A DNA stretch of 64,000 nucleotides, from positions 14,376 to 78,375 of the forward strand of contig CAZSVP010000002.1 of NCBI GenBank assembly GCA_964610335.1, written 5' to 3'. This document shows positions 18,366 through 27,118 of the stretch, piece after piece. The notes under the pieces were generated by a model. It made no database searches. It saw nothing but the letters and a program-made list of their open reading frames with translations, and was not told the origin of the DNA. Position 1 is the first letter of the stretch, and every line of letters begins with the position of its first letter. Origin of the DNA: an uncultured Candidatus Saccharibacteria bacterium. Its GTDB lineage: Bacteria; Patescibacteriota; Saccharimonadia; CAILAD01; BJGX01. The position numbers and the translations under genes were made by a program.

Positions 18366-20456
18366 TCAAAATGTTTGCGGACGCTCGATCACATCACGCA
18401 AGACATCGGCGATAGTCTCGGCCATTTGTTCAATTGATACATCAGCTAAGCTGTTTGGATAATACCTTGCAACATGTTCAGTATATGGCCCAATACCAAG
18501 TCCTAGTATTTTTTGATTAGTAGATGAAGTAATGGTCTGTACTACTGTTTTCAAATCGTATTCTGCTCCTCCATGAATAGTGGATGGTGCTGGCTCGCCG
18601 TCTGAAAGCACAATTAAGAATTTTTCGGATTGTCGCTGACGGTCCAACCGCTCTGAAGCTTGTTGGATTGCCCATCCATCGTCGTTCCAGCTTGCATGGT
18701 AGCTTCGCACTTCATCAAGCATCTCACCAAGTGACTCTTGTTGACTTTTTTCTATGCGTCGACCGAACGGCTTAAATTCATGAAGTACTTCATTGAATCC
18801 TAAGATCTCCATATTTATACCGAGTCGGTTTAGTACTTCGGCGAGTACTACCACCGCCTTAAAGGTTTCGTTAATTTTTGCACCATTCATTGAGCCTGAC
18901 AAATCAACGAGTAGTGAGATAGCGTAGTCCTTCTCACTTGGCAGCTCGCGACGTTCCCAAGAGCGTGATTCGACAGCACTGATACCCTGAGCTTTTTCTT
19001 GCATACGTTTGCTAATATTGATCCGCCGTCCGGTATTATACCCTGTTGTATAGCGGTGTTGGCTGCGTGCCACAAAGATAGCCCGCAAGTCTTGCTCTAA
19101 ACTGTTGATGATTGGAGCAAGATCATGACGAATCTCCTCGTAAGCATTCTGACCTTCATATATGCCCTCCAGAGCTGACTTGAAATCTGTCATTACCGGA
19201 GACGGTTCGGGCGGCCTTACAGGTGAAGTTGGCGGTTCATCTGGGGTATCATTGAGGGATGGTGTTGCTGCTACTGGTAGCTCGGGCGCATCTACTGGTT
19301 CTGGAAGATCTGGTAATGGCGTAGAATCATCTTGTGAATCACCCACCCAACTACCGAGCTTGTCGGCTAACTCGCCGGCTAAATCTTCGAGTTCCTTGGC
19401 AGCCTGTTCGCGAGCAGCTTGTTTTTGCTCATCAGTTAATTCTGGCGGCGACTCTGGAGATTTGGGCTGATTTGATCCTGGTGCAGGAGTAGGGGGTTGT
19501 TCAGGTTCATTTGGCTCGCCTGTGTCTGATGATCCCTCGGGGGGAGATGGCATGTCCAGTCCAGACCCACCAGCTTCCTCATCCATATTTTGCTGCATTT
19601 GTTCTTGTAGTTGTTCAGCCCGATCTTCTACATCAGCTTCGTAGAGCGGTAGCAGATGCGGCCAGATCTGTTCTTCCATGATTCTGAGACTCAGTTCCGA
19701 GTATTTCATAATCTCGTCTTCACCACTATCAGCCTCAGCGCGGGAAGGATAAGTCCACCAGGCCTCTTGCGCTGCATCCAAACAAGCGTCCACTGCCTCA
19801 CGTACATCGTCTGGCAAGCCTTCACTAAGCTCCATTTCCTTCTCAGCCTCATCGCGACTCCACTGCTTGATCAGCTCAAAACCCGCCTGTACAAACCGTG
19901 GGGTTTGACGATCACCACTCTTCTCCTTGGCCCACTGCTCGATCTGCATATCTTGCTGATAAGCATAAACCATATCACCACGCATGGCTGGATAACTATC
20001 AGCCAAAAAGTTGTTAACTCGAGGATCTTCAACACAATTGACCATAAACATAAAGCCTGGCTGTTGGATTGTCTCTTTCATAGACTCAGGGATCCGAGTA
20101 ATCCGCCGGTGTGAGCCTTCGTGTGCTATCACAAATTTGAGGTAAGAATCCTCCTTCTCAAGTAAGTCTACTGGATCAGCAAATATCTCATTATCGCGAA
20201 AATTCCAGTACCAGCCCGCGCCTGGTTTGCTAGCCTTTACTGGAATTTTAAAATCCTTACCAATAAACTTGGCAATGGCTGACAACTCGCGCAACTTACG
20301 TTTGACCTGTTTTCTCTGCTTTTTATCGAGTTCGATAGCCTTGGCTTCAGTCGCCTCGGCATCAATTGGCTCTGAAGTAGGCCCAACACTTTCAGTAGGA
20401 GCCGACTCCGGATCAGGATTATCAGCGACGTTATACAAACGCTCTTGTTCTGGCAT
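18366..20456 (-). CDS. vWA-domain protein with N-terminal HExxH metallopeptidase-like domain (CobT/NorD-like architecture)
   Basis: AHEGSH...VEDPRVN; Pro/acidic linker; MIDAS DLSGSM and VLSDGEP. Confidence 0.85.
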   Translation of the reverse strand: MPEQERLYNVADNPDPESAPTESVGPTSEPIDAEATEAKAIELDKKQRKQVKRKLRELSAIAKFIGKDFKIPVKASKPGAGWYWNFRDNEIFADPVDLLEKEDSYLKFVIAHEGSHRRITRIPESMKETIQQPGFMFMVNCVEDPRVNNFLADSYPAMRGDMVYAYQQDMQIEQWAKEKSGDRQTPRFVQAGFELIKQWSRDEAEKEMELSEGLPDDVREAVDACLDAAQEAWWTYPSRAEADSGEDEIMKYSELSLRIMEEQIWPHLLPLYEADVEDRAEQLQEQMQQNMDEEAGGSGLDMPSPPEGSSDTGEPNEPEQPPTPAPGSNQPKSPESPPELTDEQKQAAREQAAKELEDLAGELADKLGSWVGDSQDDSTPLPDLPEPVDAPELPVAATPSLNDTPDEPPTSPVRPPEPSPVMTDFKSALEGIYEGQNAYEEIRHDLAPIINSLEQDLRAIFVARSQHRYTTGYNTGRRINISKRMQEKAQGISAVESRSWERRELPSEKDYAISLLVDLSGSMNGAKINETFKAVVVLAEVLNRLGINMEILGFNEVLHEFKPFGRRIEKSQQESLGEMLDEVRSYHASWNDDGWAIQQASERLDRQRQSEKFLIVLSDGEPAPSTIHGGAEYDLKTVVQTITSSTNQKILGLGIGPYTEHVARYYPNSLADVSIEQMAETIADVLRDVIERPQTF

Positions 20457-20499
20457 AAAACTATCATACCAAACTCAGTATGGGAGACATAACTGGAAT

Positions 20500-20530
20500 C
20501 AAAAATGACCCGCATAGCGGGCCATTTTTT
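20500..20530 (-). terminator. rplL terminator
   Basis: Hairpin with flanking A and T tracts. Confidence 0.75.
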
Positions 20531-20549
20531 GTACAAGCAAACTAGTTGC

Positions 20550-21014
20550 TTATTGGAGTTCTACAGTAGCACCAGCTTCTTCAAGCTTCTTCTGAGCTTC
20601 CTCGGCTTCTTCTTTCTTCACTTTTTCTTTTACCATCTTAGGAGCACCATCTACTAGGGCTTTGCTTTCAGCAAGTCCAAGCCCGGTGATCTCGCGTACG
20701 GCCTTGATCACGTCGATCTTCTTCTCACCAGCACCGGCTAGGAAGATGTTGTATTCACTCTTCTCTTCGGCGGCTTCGGCAGCTTCGCCGCCACCACCAA
20801 CTGCAGCCACAGCCACAGGAGCAGCAGCGCTTACACCAAAGTGATCTTCCAGTACTTTAACTAGCTCAGCAAGATCAAGTACGCTTAGTTTTTCAATCTC
20901 ACTTACCAAGTCTTTGAACTTGGCAGGAACTTCTTTTTTCTCTTCGGTCTTCTCGGCAGTAGCCTCAGCTACTTCTTCTTTTACTTCTTCTGGTTTTGTA
21001 GTTTCTTCAGCCAT
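20550..21014 (-). CDS. rplL: 50S ribosomal protein L7/L12
   Basis: [24 protein letters not shown] motif. Confidence 0.98.
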   Translation of the reverse strand: MAEETTKPEEVKEEVAEATAEKTEEKKEVPAKFKDLVSEIEKLSVLDLAELVKVLEDHFGVSAAAPVAVAAVGGGGEAAEAAEEKSEYNIFLAGAGEKKIDVIKAVREITGLGLAESKALVDGAPKMVKEKVKKEEAEEAQKKLEEAGATVELQ

Positions 21015-21017
21015 GAT

Positions 21018-21548
21018 TTAAGCATCTCCTTTGGACTCACCGATGGCATTGAGCGCATACAGTAGTCCGGTTATATTTCCATTCAATACTCGTACAAATC
21101 CACTTAATGGTGCAGCAATTGTGCCGACCAGAGTAGCGGTAAGTTGCTCGCGACTTGGTAGCTTGGCGAGGGCGGCTACTTGCTCTGTGGTTAGTATGGT
21201 GCCAGCCTCATCAATAGCACCGACTATTTCTAGTGCGTCGTGAGATTTAGCAAACTCATATACCAACTTGGCAGTAGATGCCTCGTCATCACCAAAGGCG
21301 ATTGCCATAGGTCCTTCAAACAAGCTCATATCTAAGTCCTTGAGCTTGGTTTGGCTGAGCGCAACTCGTACGAGAGTGTTTTTTGCTACCTTGTAGCTAA
21401 CGCCTGCTTCACGCAATTTGGCACGTAACTCGGTGACGCTCGCGACATTGAGTCCACGATAGTCAGTAAGCACGGCAATCTTGCTAGTCGAAAAGGCATC
21501 GGCCAAAGCAGCTACATCTTGCTCTTTCTGAGAGCGTGATTTTGCCAT
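21018..21548 (-). CDS. rplJ: 50S ribosomal protein L10
   Basis: DYRGLNV, KVAKNTL and AKLPSREQL; start at ATG 21548. Confidence 0.97.
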   Translation of the reverse strand: MAKSRSQKEQDVAALADAFSTSKIAVLTDYRGLNVASVTELRAKLREAGVSYKVAKNTLVRVALSQTKLKDLDMSLFEGPMAIAFGDDEASTAKLVYEFAKSHDALEIVGAIDEAGTILTTEQVAALAKLPSREQLTATLVGTIAAPLSGFVRVLNGNITGLLYALNAIGESKGDA

Positions 21549-21589
21549 ATACACTCCGTTATGGTTAGTTAATGTTCTGTAATTACCAA

Positions 21590-21690
21590 ACAAAAAATCT
21601 TTGGAATTCTCCAAAGACCTCGTGTCCAACAATCATTTGATTGTCACCTCATGTAGCAAATTAAGTCGTTTGACTGCTACAGTCTTTGGT
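21590..21690 (-). promoter_or_regulatory. L10 leader (ribosomal protein autoregulatory element)
   Basis: CCAAAGACUGUAGC...UUAAUUUGCUACAUGAGG...GUCUUUGG upstream of rplJ resembles the L10_leader pattern. Confidence 0.75.
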
Positions 21691-21748
21691 AATTGAGCAT
21701 ATTCTAACAGATTGCCACCTGGTTAGTCAATAGTTAGCATAACGAACT

Positions 21749-21780
21749 CGGGAGGAGACTACCGAAATAGTCTCCTCCCG
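21749..21780 (-). terminator. 13-bp perfect hairpin ending the small GC-rich cassette
   Basis: CGGGAGGAGACTA/TAGTCTCCTCCCG. Confidence 0.7.
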
Positions 21781-21808
21781 CATTGTCAGCCAGGCATCAT
21801 CTCAACGC

Positions 21809-22126
21809 CTAGCCGACTCGTTCCTTCCGCCGCCGAGGCCCATCGACATCCACCATCTCCCACTCGCCGTCTTCGAAGTTGAAGCGAACGATCTGGTTGT
21901 GGAGCGGTGCTGGCCCTCGATACGCGATCATTGGCCGGCTGCCCAACGGTCGTCCCACACCACCACAGCCCTTCTCAGGACAGAACAGATGGTGAACGAT
22001 CTCGCCGCCCTTGCGACCTGTCAGTGTCACTGGCGACCCCCACAGCTTTGTCTCATGGCCAGTCTGATCTGGGCACACGAGATATCGCAACATGTGAGTC
22101 TGCGGCACGTTCTTACGATGAGGCAT
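21809..22126 (-). CDS. Small hypothetical protein with Cys/His pairs (possible Zn ribbon)
   Basis: ATG 22126 with CAAGGGAGG SD; CPDQTGH...CPEKGCG. Confidence 0.7.
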   Translation of the reverse strand: MPHRKNVPQTHMLRYLVCPDQTGHETKLWGSPVTLTGRKGGEIVHHLFCPEKGCGGVGRPLGSRPMIAYRGPAPLHNQIVRFNFEDGEWEMVDVDGPRRRKERVG

Positions 22127-22158
22127 AGTCCTCCCTTGGACGCTATACTGATAGAAAC

Positions 22159-22254
22159 AAAAAAGACCACAGTGAAGCCACTTGGTATTCACTTTTGGTC
22201 CCCGCCACCTAGTAGATGGATCTAGAGTATATCAATGATTATCAGATCGGTCAA
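22159..22254 (-). promoter_or_regulatory. Promoter plus leader terminator
   Basis: TTGACC-17 nt-TATACT (22254-22226), then a GACCA...TGGTC hairpin with TTTTTT upstream of the gene. Confidence 0.65.
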
Positions 22255-22261
22255 GATAGGA

Positions 22262-22888
22262 TTAATACAATTCTACTGGCAATTCCCAGCCTGAAGTATC
22301 TAGCTGTGTTAGATCTATCTTAATATCTATCTCAGTAGGAAGCTCATTGTCCACACCCACTGCTTCTTCCAAATCTCCCTCAACATTTAGCAAATAATGG
22401 CGTCGAGCTCTCTCCAGTGATTGTATGGCTTGATCAGTACCCATTGGTAATACAAATGGTTTGCCATCCCTGTTTAATACTCGATGCTGGTAGTCATACA
22501 TACGAATTAGCTCTTCGGGGATAATCTTGCGCAATATGCGCATACTGTGGTCGTTGGCTATTGCAGCCACCATATCTGTTGCTCCTTGAGATTTTGCGAA
22601 AGCGATCCCTGCTTTGAGTAATCTCTCGCCTATACCACTGTTTCGCAAAGCAGGGTTGACCTTCAACATACCAGGATTGTATGCACGCCTACCATCTTTT
22701 TCGTGCTCGATCCACCCTTCAAGCGTGTTGCTTGCCGGTAGCCGTAGTGATACCAACTCAAAATATTTGGTCTTTTCAGTTTCAACCTGTGGACTTGCAG
22801 TCCTTACGAGCTCAAGTGTTTTGGGAACACTATCTATATCAGACTTGCTTGAATCACCTTTGGTTTCGGTTGGTTTAGGCTCGATCAT
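22262..22888 (-). CDS. GNAT-like acetyltransferase
   Basis: VNPALRNSGIGERLL acetyl-CoA motif. Confidence 0.7.
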   Translation of the reverse strand: MIEPKPTETKGDSSKSDIDSVPKTLELVRTASPQVETEKTKYFELVSLRLPASNTLEGWIEHEKDGRRAYNPGMLKVNPALRNSGIGERLLKAGIAFAKSQGATDMVAAIANDHSMRILRKIIPEELIRMYDYQHRVLNRDGKPFVLPMGTDQAIQSLERARRHYLLNVEGDLEEAVGVDNELPTEIDIKIDLTQLDTSGWELPVELY

Positions 22889-24125
22889 AATACCATTGGA
22901 GTGACTTGGCTATTTCGCTTAGCTGGGACGAAGAATTATAGTTAGAGCTCAGCACGATATTGGCCACAGCGTTTCCAAGCTGTTTGGATTGGTCTGCATC
23001 TAGGCCTCGGCTAGTAAGTGCAGCTGTGCCAAGCCGCAAACCGCCTGGCCTCCAGGGTGATTTAGTATCCTCAGGTATAGCATTGCGGTTAGTAATAACA
23101 CCAAGTGATTCAAGTTTGTTTTGCACTTCCAGGCTGTCTACTTCATCTGGTAGTTTGACGAGTGTAAGATGGGTTTCGGTTGACGACACTATGTCTAACC
23201 CACCCTCTACTAAGCCTTGTTCCAGTGCCCGACAGTTGGCTATTACTTGTTTTGAGTATTCTTGAAAAGATCGATTGTCGGGGTAAGTATCTTCACCCAA
23301 CACTTCTAGCAAGGCTTGGCCTGTAGCCGCGATTTGATTGAGATGTGGCCCACCCGAGGTACCTGGAAATACAGTTTGATTGAGCGACTTGAGATACTCT
23401 TGTTTGGCAAATACCATAGCAGCTCGCGGACCTCGCAAAGTTTTGTGGGTTGTAGTGGTAACAAAGTCTGCTCCTTGGGCGTGAGATTTAAAAGGACTGT
23501 CGTGTAACCCAGCTGCAATTAACCCCGCTATGTGAGCAATATCAGCCAGTACCAAGCAGCCATAGCTGTGAGCGATCTCACATAGTTTGGCAAATTCATA
23601 CTTGCGCGGATAAGCTGAAAAGCCAATTACTACCAAACGCGGCTGAGTAGTTTTTACCTTATCTTCAAAATCATCGTAGCCAATTTCATAGCCATTTGGC
23701 CCAGCTGCTACTGAGTAAGTATCGTGTTTGAAGAACTTCAAGTAACTACTAGTGGCATGCAAATGGCTCAAGTGCCCACCGCTACTCAGCTCTAGGCTTA
23801 ACACTGTGTCACCGGGCTCTAAGACCGTGAAGTACACCATGGCATTGGCCGGACTACCAGAAAGCACTTGCACATTGACGCCATACTCAGCCGTCTTATC
23901 AAATACTTCCAAAGCTTTTTGTTGCACAAACTCTTCGAGCTCATCGGTATGTACATTGCCAGCATAGTAGCGCTTGCCCGGGTAGCCCTCGGCATACTTG
24001 GTACTCCAAACCGAGCCAAGCAGACCGAGCACCTGTGGGCTAGGATAGTTTTCGGAAGCAATGAGATTGAGGCTGTCGCGCTGCCGAGCGAATTCTTTGG
24101 CAGTAAGATCTTCAATGAAATTCAT
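22875..24125 (-). CDS. glyA: Serine hydroxymethyltransferase
   Basis: LIASEN, KYAEGYPGKRYY and TTTHKTLRGPR (PLP lysine). Confidence 0.96.
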   Translation of the reverse strand: MNFIEDLTAKEFARQRDSLNLIASENYPSPQVLGLLGSVWSTKYAEGYPGKRYYAGNVHTDELEEFVQQKALEVFDKTAEYGVNVQVLSGSPANAMVYFTVLEPGDTVLSLELSSGGHLSHLHATSSYLKFFKHDTYSVAAGPNGYEIGYDDFEDKVKTTQPRLVVIGFSAYPRKYEFAKLCEIAHSYGCLVLADIAHIAGLIAAGLHDSPFKSHAQGADFVTTTTHKTLRGPRAAMVFAKQEYLKSLNQTVFPGTSGGPHLNQIAATGQALLEVLGEDTYPDNRSFQEYSKQVIANCRALEQGLVEGGLDIVSSTETHLTLVKLPDEVDSLEVQNKLESLGVITNRNAIPEDTKSPWRPGGLRLGTAALTSRGLDADQSKQLGNAVANIVLSSNYNSSSQLSEIAKSLQWYYDRA

Positions 24126-24150
24126 ATGGATAATTATACATCATAACGAG

Positions 24151-24292
24151 AGTGAGCCCGAGGGATGGTAGTCCCTCGGGCTCACTTGAGACAGGCTGCG
24201 GCGAAAAGCCTATCTCGGGTCACACCCTCGAGTACTAGGACCCGAGGATGTGTCTGAGGTGGTCTGACAGGGCGAAGGCCAGTACACCTCAG
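24151..24292 (-). other. Four back-to-back hairpins in the thyX 3' UTR
   Basis: Stems of 8, 13, 10 and 15 bp; the three mismatches within those stems read as G-U on the minus strand. Confidence 0.7.
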
Positions 24293-24294
24293 GA

Positions 24295-26094
24295 TCAGGC
24301 CGTCAGTTCCGCCAACTTGGCCAACTTCTCGGCCGTGGCGGTCTCGCTGGCCATGCGTGTCAGCTCGCCGAGCGTGTCCTGCTGGTTCACGAAGCACATC
24401 GCCTTGGCACTGATCGGATAGACACTCTGCACCTCATCGAACATGAGGTTGCACAGCTTGCGGTAGCCAGGATGGCCTTGCGGTCCGGTGCGCAATTCCA
24501 GCAAGTGGAACAGCTCACGCAGACTGGTGATGAACCGGTAGCGCATGCGATAGCCCATGCACAAGGCGTACTGAGCCTCGTGCTTGTGACCGCCGCCGAA
24601 CATGTCGTTGTACAGCTCACTGGACAACTCGAAGGCTCGACGGTAGTTGGCCTCTTGCCCGGCCTCCGCCACCAACTCCGGTACCTCGTAGCCGAGATAC
24701 GGCGTGAGCGCCGGCCACTCCCACGCACTCACCATGCGATGTCGCTGCAGGTCGCGGAAGGTGCCGTAGTCGCCAACCAGCTCCCAGTCGAAGGTGGCCT
24801 CCTCGGCAGCTCGCCCCGGCCGATGGCGCCGGTTGAGGCGCTGGCCGAAGTAGAGCTGCATGAGCTGACGCTGCTTCTTGCGCGGCAGCTTGGCGACCAA
24901 CTTGCGCAGCTTGGTCATGGAGCGACCATCCACGGCGTAGAGCATGCCAGCGCACAGCTCGCGTTCGTCGCGCGGCTGGTAGTTCAGCAATGTCACCGCC
25001 GCTTCGCCCTTCTTGCTCGACTTGTCTGGCGGCAGCTCACGGAGAGCGAACTCACGCAGGCCAGCGCGGGTCTCGGCCAAGTAGTTGACGGTCATGAGCC
25101 CACGGTCCGGCTTGTCGGTCCGCTCCAGGAACTCTGGGATCACCTTGCGAGCCTCACGCAACAGCGCGGCACCCATGGCCCGGGCCTCGGGCAGCTCACG
25201 CGACAACAGCCGCATGATCAGCGCATCGAGTGCCTGAGCCGACATGGTGATGCCCACAGTCGAACGGGTTCCGACTGGCAGGATGGCGCGGGCGGCATCG
25301 CAGGCCTGAGCTCGCACCGCTCCCGGCCAGCCAGCATGCTTGGCCGGCTCCGTCGTCTTGTCCGGCCGCGGGTTGGTGAGCTTGACGTGCTCGGTGACCT
25401 CGCGCACTACCGTGGAGTAGAGATCGAAAATCTCGTCCATGGTGGACTCGTAGTACTTGAGCATGTCGGGGTCGAGCCCCGGCCGCAGGTACTTGTAGCG
25501 ACCATCAGTCTTGGTGTCGAAGTAGATGTAACGGGTGGACTGCTCGAGATACGCCGCAGCCACCCGACCCCACTCCAACTCCTTGGTCATGAGATTGCTC
25601 ACACCTTCGCAGACGAACATCACTGTGATGAGCTGCTGCACCGAATCGTCACCGAACTCGGTAACCACACGATTGATCAGCGCCGCCGCCTCTTCGGTTC
25701 GCATGCGCCCGGCGGTGAGGTCGGTGATGGCCTGGCGAAGCGTCTTCAACGCCTGTTCACACATCGGCGTGGCATCGAAGTCACCGTCGAAGAAGTTCTC
25801 CAGCGAACGAACAGCAGAAAGCAGCTCATGCTTGCGCAGTTTGGTGAGCACGGCAGCGTCCTGCACGCCAGCGAACTCCTCGAGGATGGTGACACGCAGA
25901 TCACCATCGCGTCGGCTGAGCCGAGCCATGGCAGCGGCCACCACCACGATGTTGGCCTGAGCGGTGAAGAAGTAGACCGGCCCAGTCGGATCGGTCACGA
26001 TCTCGCTCAGGTAGCGGATGCCGCGCTTTGTCGGCACCTTCTGTCCCTTGTAGATCCGGATGTACGGGTTTCTCTCTTGCAGTTTGGCGGGCAT
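24295..26094 (-). CDS. thyX: FAD-dependent thymidylate synthase, tandem two-domain type
   Basis: YLEQSTRY in domain 1; RDLQRHR and ELRTGPQGHPGYR in domain 2. Confidence 0.92.
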   Translation of the reverse strand: MPAKLQERNPYIRIYKGQKVPTKRGIRYLSEIVTDPTGPVYFFTAQANIVVVAAAMARLSRRDGDLRVTILEEFAGVQDAAVLTKLRKHELLSAVRSLENFFDGDFDATPMCEQALKTLRQAITDLTAGRMRTEEAAALINRVVTEFGDDSVQQLITVMFVCEGVSNLMTKELEWGRVAAAYLEQSTRYIYFDTKTDGRYKYLRPGLDPDMLKYYESTMDEIFDLYSTVVREVTEHVKLTNPRPDKTTEPAKHAGWPGAVRAQACDAARAILPVGTRSTVGITMSAQALDALIMRLLSRELPEARAMGAALLREARKVIPEFLERTDKPDRGLMTVNYLAETRAGLREFALRELPPDKSSKKGEAAVTLLNYQPRDERELCAGMLYAVDGRSMTKLRKLVAKLPRKKQRQLMQLYFGQRLNRRHRPGRAAEEATFDWELVGDYGTFRDLQRHRMVSAWEWPALTPYLGYEVPELVAEAGQEANYRRAFELSSELYNDMFGGGHKHEAQYALCMGYRMRYRFITSLRELFHLLELRTGPQGHPGYRKLCNLMFDEVQSVYPISAKAMCFVNQQDTLGELTRMASETATAEKLAKLAELTA

Positions 26095-26117
26095 GCACCT
26101 CTCCTTTTGTTTTTGCC

Positions 26118-26387
26118 CTATTGGGGGCGCGGTTGGTCTCGATACACCGCATCGATTGCGGCATCGACTTCTGTTTGCACCTGCTCAAAGGCTGGTCGGA
26201 GCAAGTGATCGATCAGTTTCTCGCGAAACGTGGCCATATCACCTTCCTCCAACACTACCTCGACCTCAGGCTTGTGATGCGGGTGGCCGGTGTCGCGTGT
26301 AAGCATGCGTGTAGCACGCCGATACGCTTGCCACTTGCCACTCGCTTGGTCGTAACGGATATTCAGATCCAGAATAGGCGCACTCAC
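26118..26387 (-). CDS. Hypothetical protein (89 aa)
   Basis: GTG start with AAGGGG SD between tmk and thyX. Confidence 0.65.
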   Translation of the reverse strand: MSAPILDLNIRYDQASGKWQAYRRATRMLTRDTGHPHHKPEVEVVLEEGDMATFREKLIDHLLRPAFEQVQTEVDAAIDAVYRDQPRPQ

Positions 26388-26398
26388 GCTGCCCCCTT

Positions 26399-27013
26399 TC
26401 AGGCAAGCAAAGGCTCAATATGAGCCAAGATGGATCGTTCGACTTCTTCCACACTGCCGCGACCATCGATGAACACGAATTGGCCAGGCAACCCCTTGGT
26501 AGCCTCGACACGGAAGCCCTCGACGAGTCTAGTATGGAATTCTTCTTTCTCCTGCTCGAAACGGTCGAGCTCGCCGCCTCGTGCGCTGACACGAGCCATC
26601 GAATCAGCAAGGTCGACATCCAGCACAAAGATGCGATGAGGGAACAACTCGTTTACCACCAAGCTGCAGACTGAGCGCACATAGTCGGCGCCGAGCCCAC
26701 GGGCATGGCCTTGGTAGACACAGTTGCTGACATAGCTGCGATCGGAGACCACTGGTCGTCCTGATTGCAGCGCTGGCAACACCACCTCGTGCAGATGCTG
26801 AACGCGATCGGCATTGAACAACAGCACTTCGGCCATGGGCTCGAGTTCGCCGGTAGCTGGATCGAGCAAGATCTGTCGAACCATACCGCCAAGCGGTGTG
26901 CCACCTGGCTCACGAGTCAGCACAGCGCCAATTCGATCGGCGAGGAGTCGGGCTTGCGTGGACTTGCCACAACCCTCGACACCCTCGAATGCAATGTAGA
27001 GCGGTTGGGGCAC
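26399..27013 (-). CDS. tmk: Thymidylate kinase
   Basis: FEGVEGCGKSTQ, TREPGGT and SDRS; GTG 27013 with AAGGAGGT SD. Confidence 0.95.
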   Translation of the reverse strand: MPQPLYIAFEGVEGCGKSTQARLLADRIGAVLTREPGGTPLGGMVRQILLDPATGELEPMAEVLLFNADRVQHLHEVVLPALQSGRPVVSDRSYVSNCVYQGHARGLGADYVRSVCSLVVNELFPHRIFVLDVDLADSMARVSARGGELDRFEQEKEEFHTRLVEGFRVEATKGLPGQFVFIDGRGSVEEVERSILAHIEPLLA

Positions 27014-27118
27014 AGCCCTCACCTCCTTTGTCAAAGGTCGGAAACTTTCCGCCTCTAAGTCAGGATTAAGTATAGAGTACTAGACAACAAGTAAAAAGTG
27101 TAAGTAGTAATAAATACT

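Noticed and set aside
24472-26208. 578-aa plus-strand ORF
   Set aside because: Antisense shadow of GC-rich thyX; no recognisable motifs.
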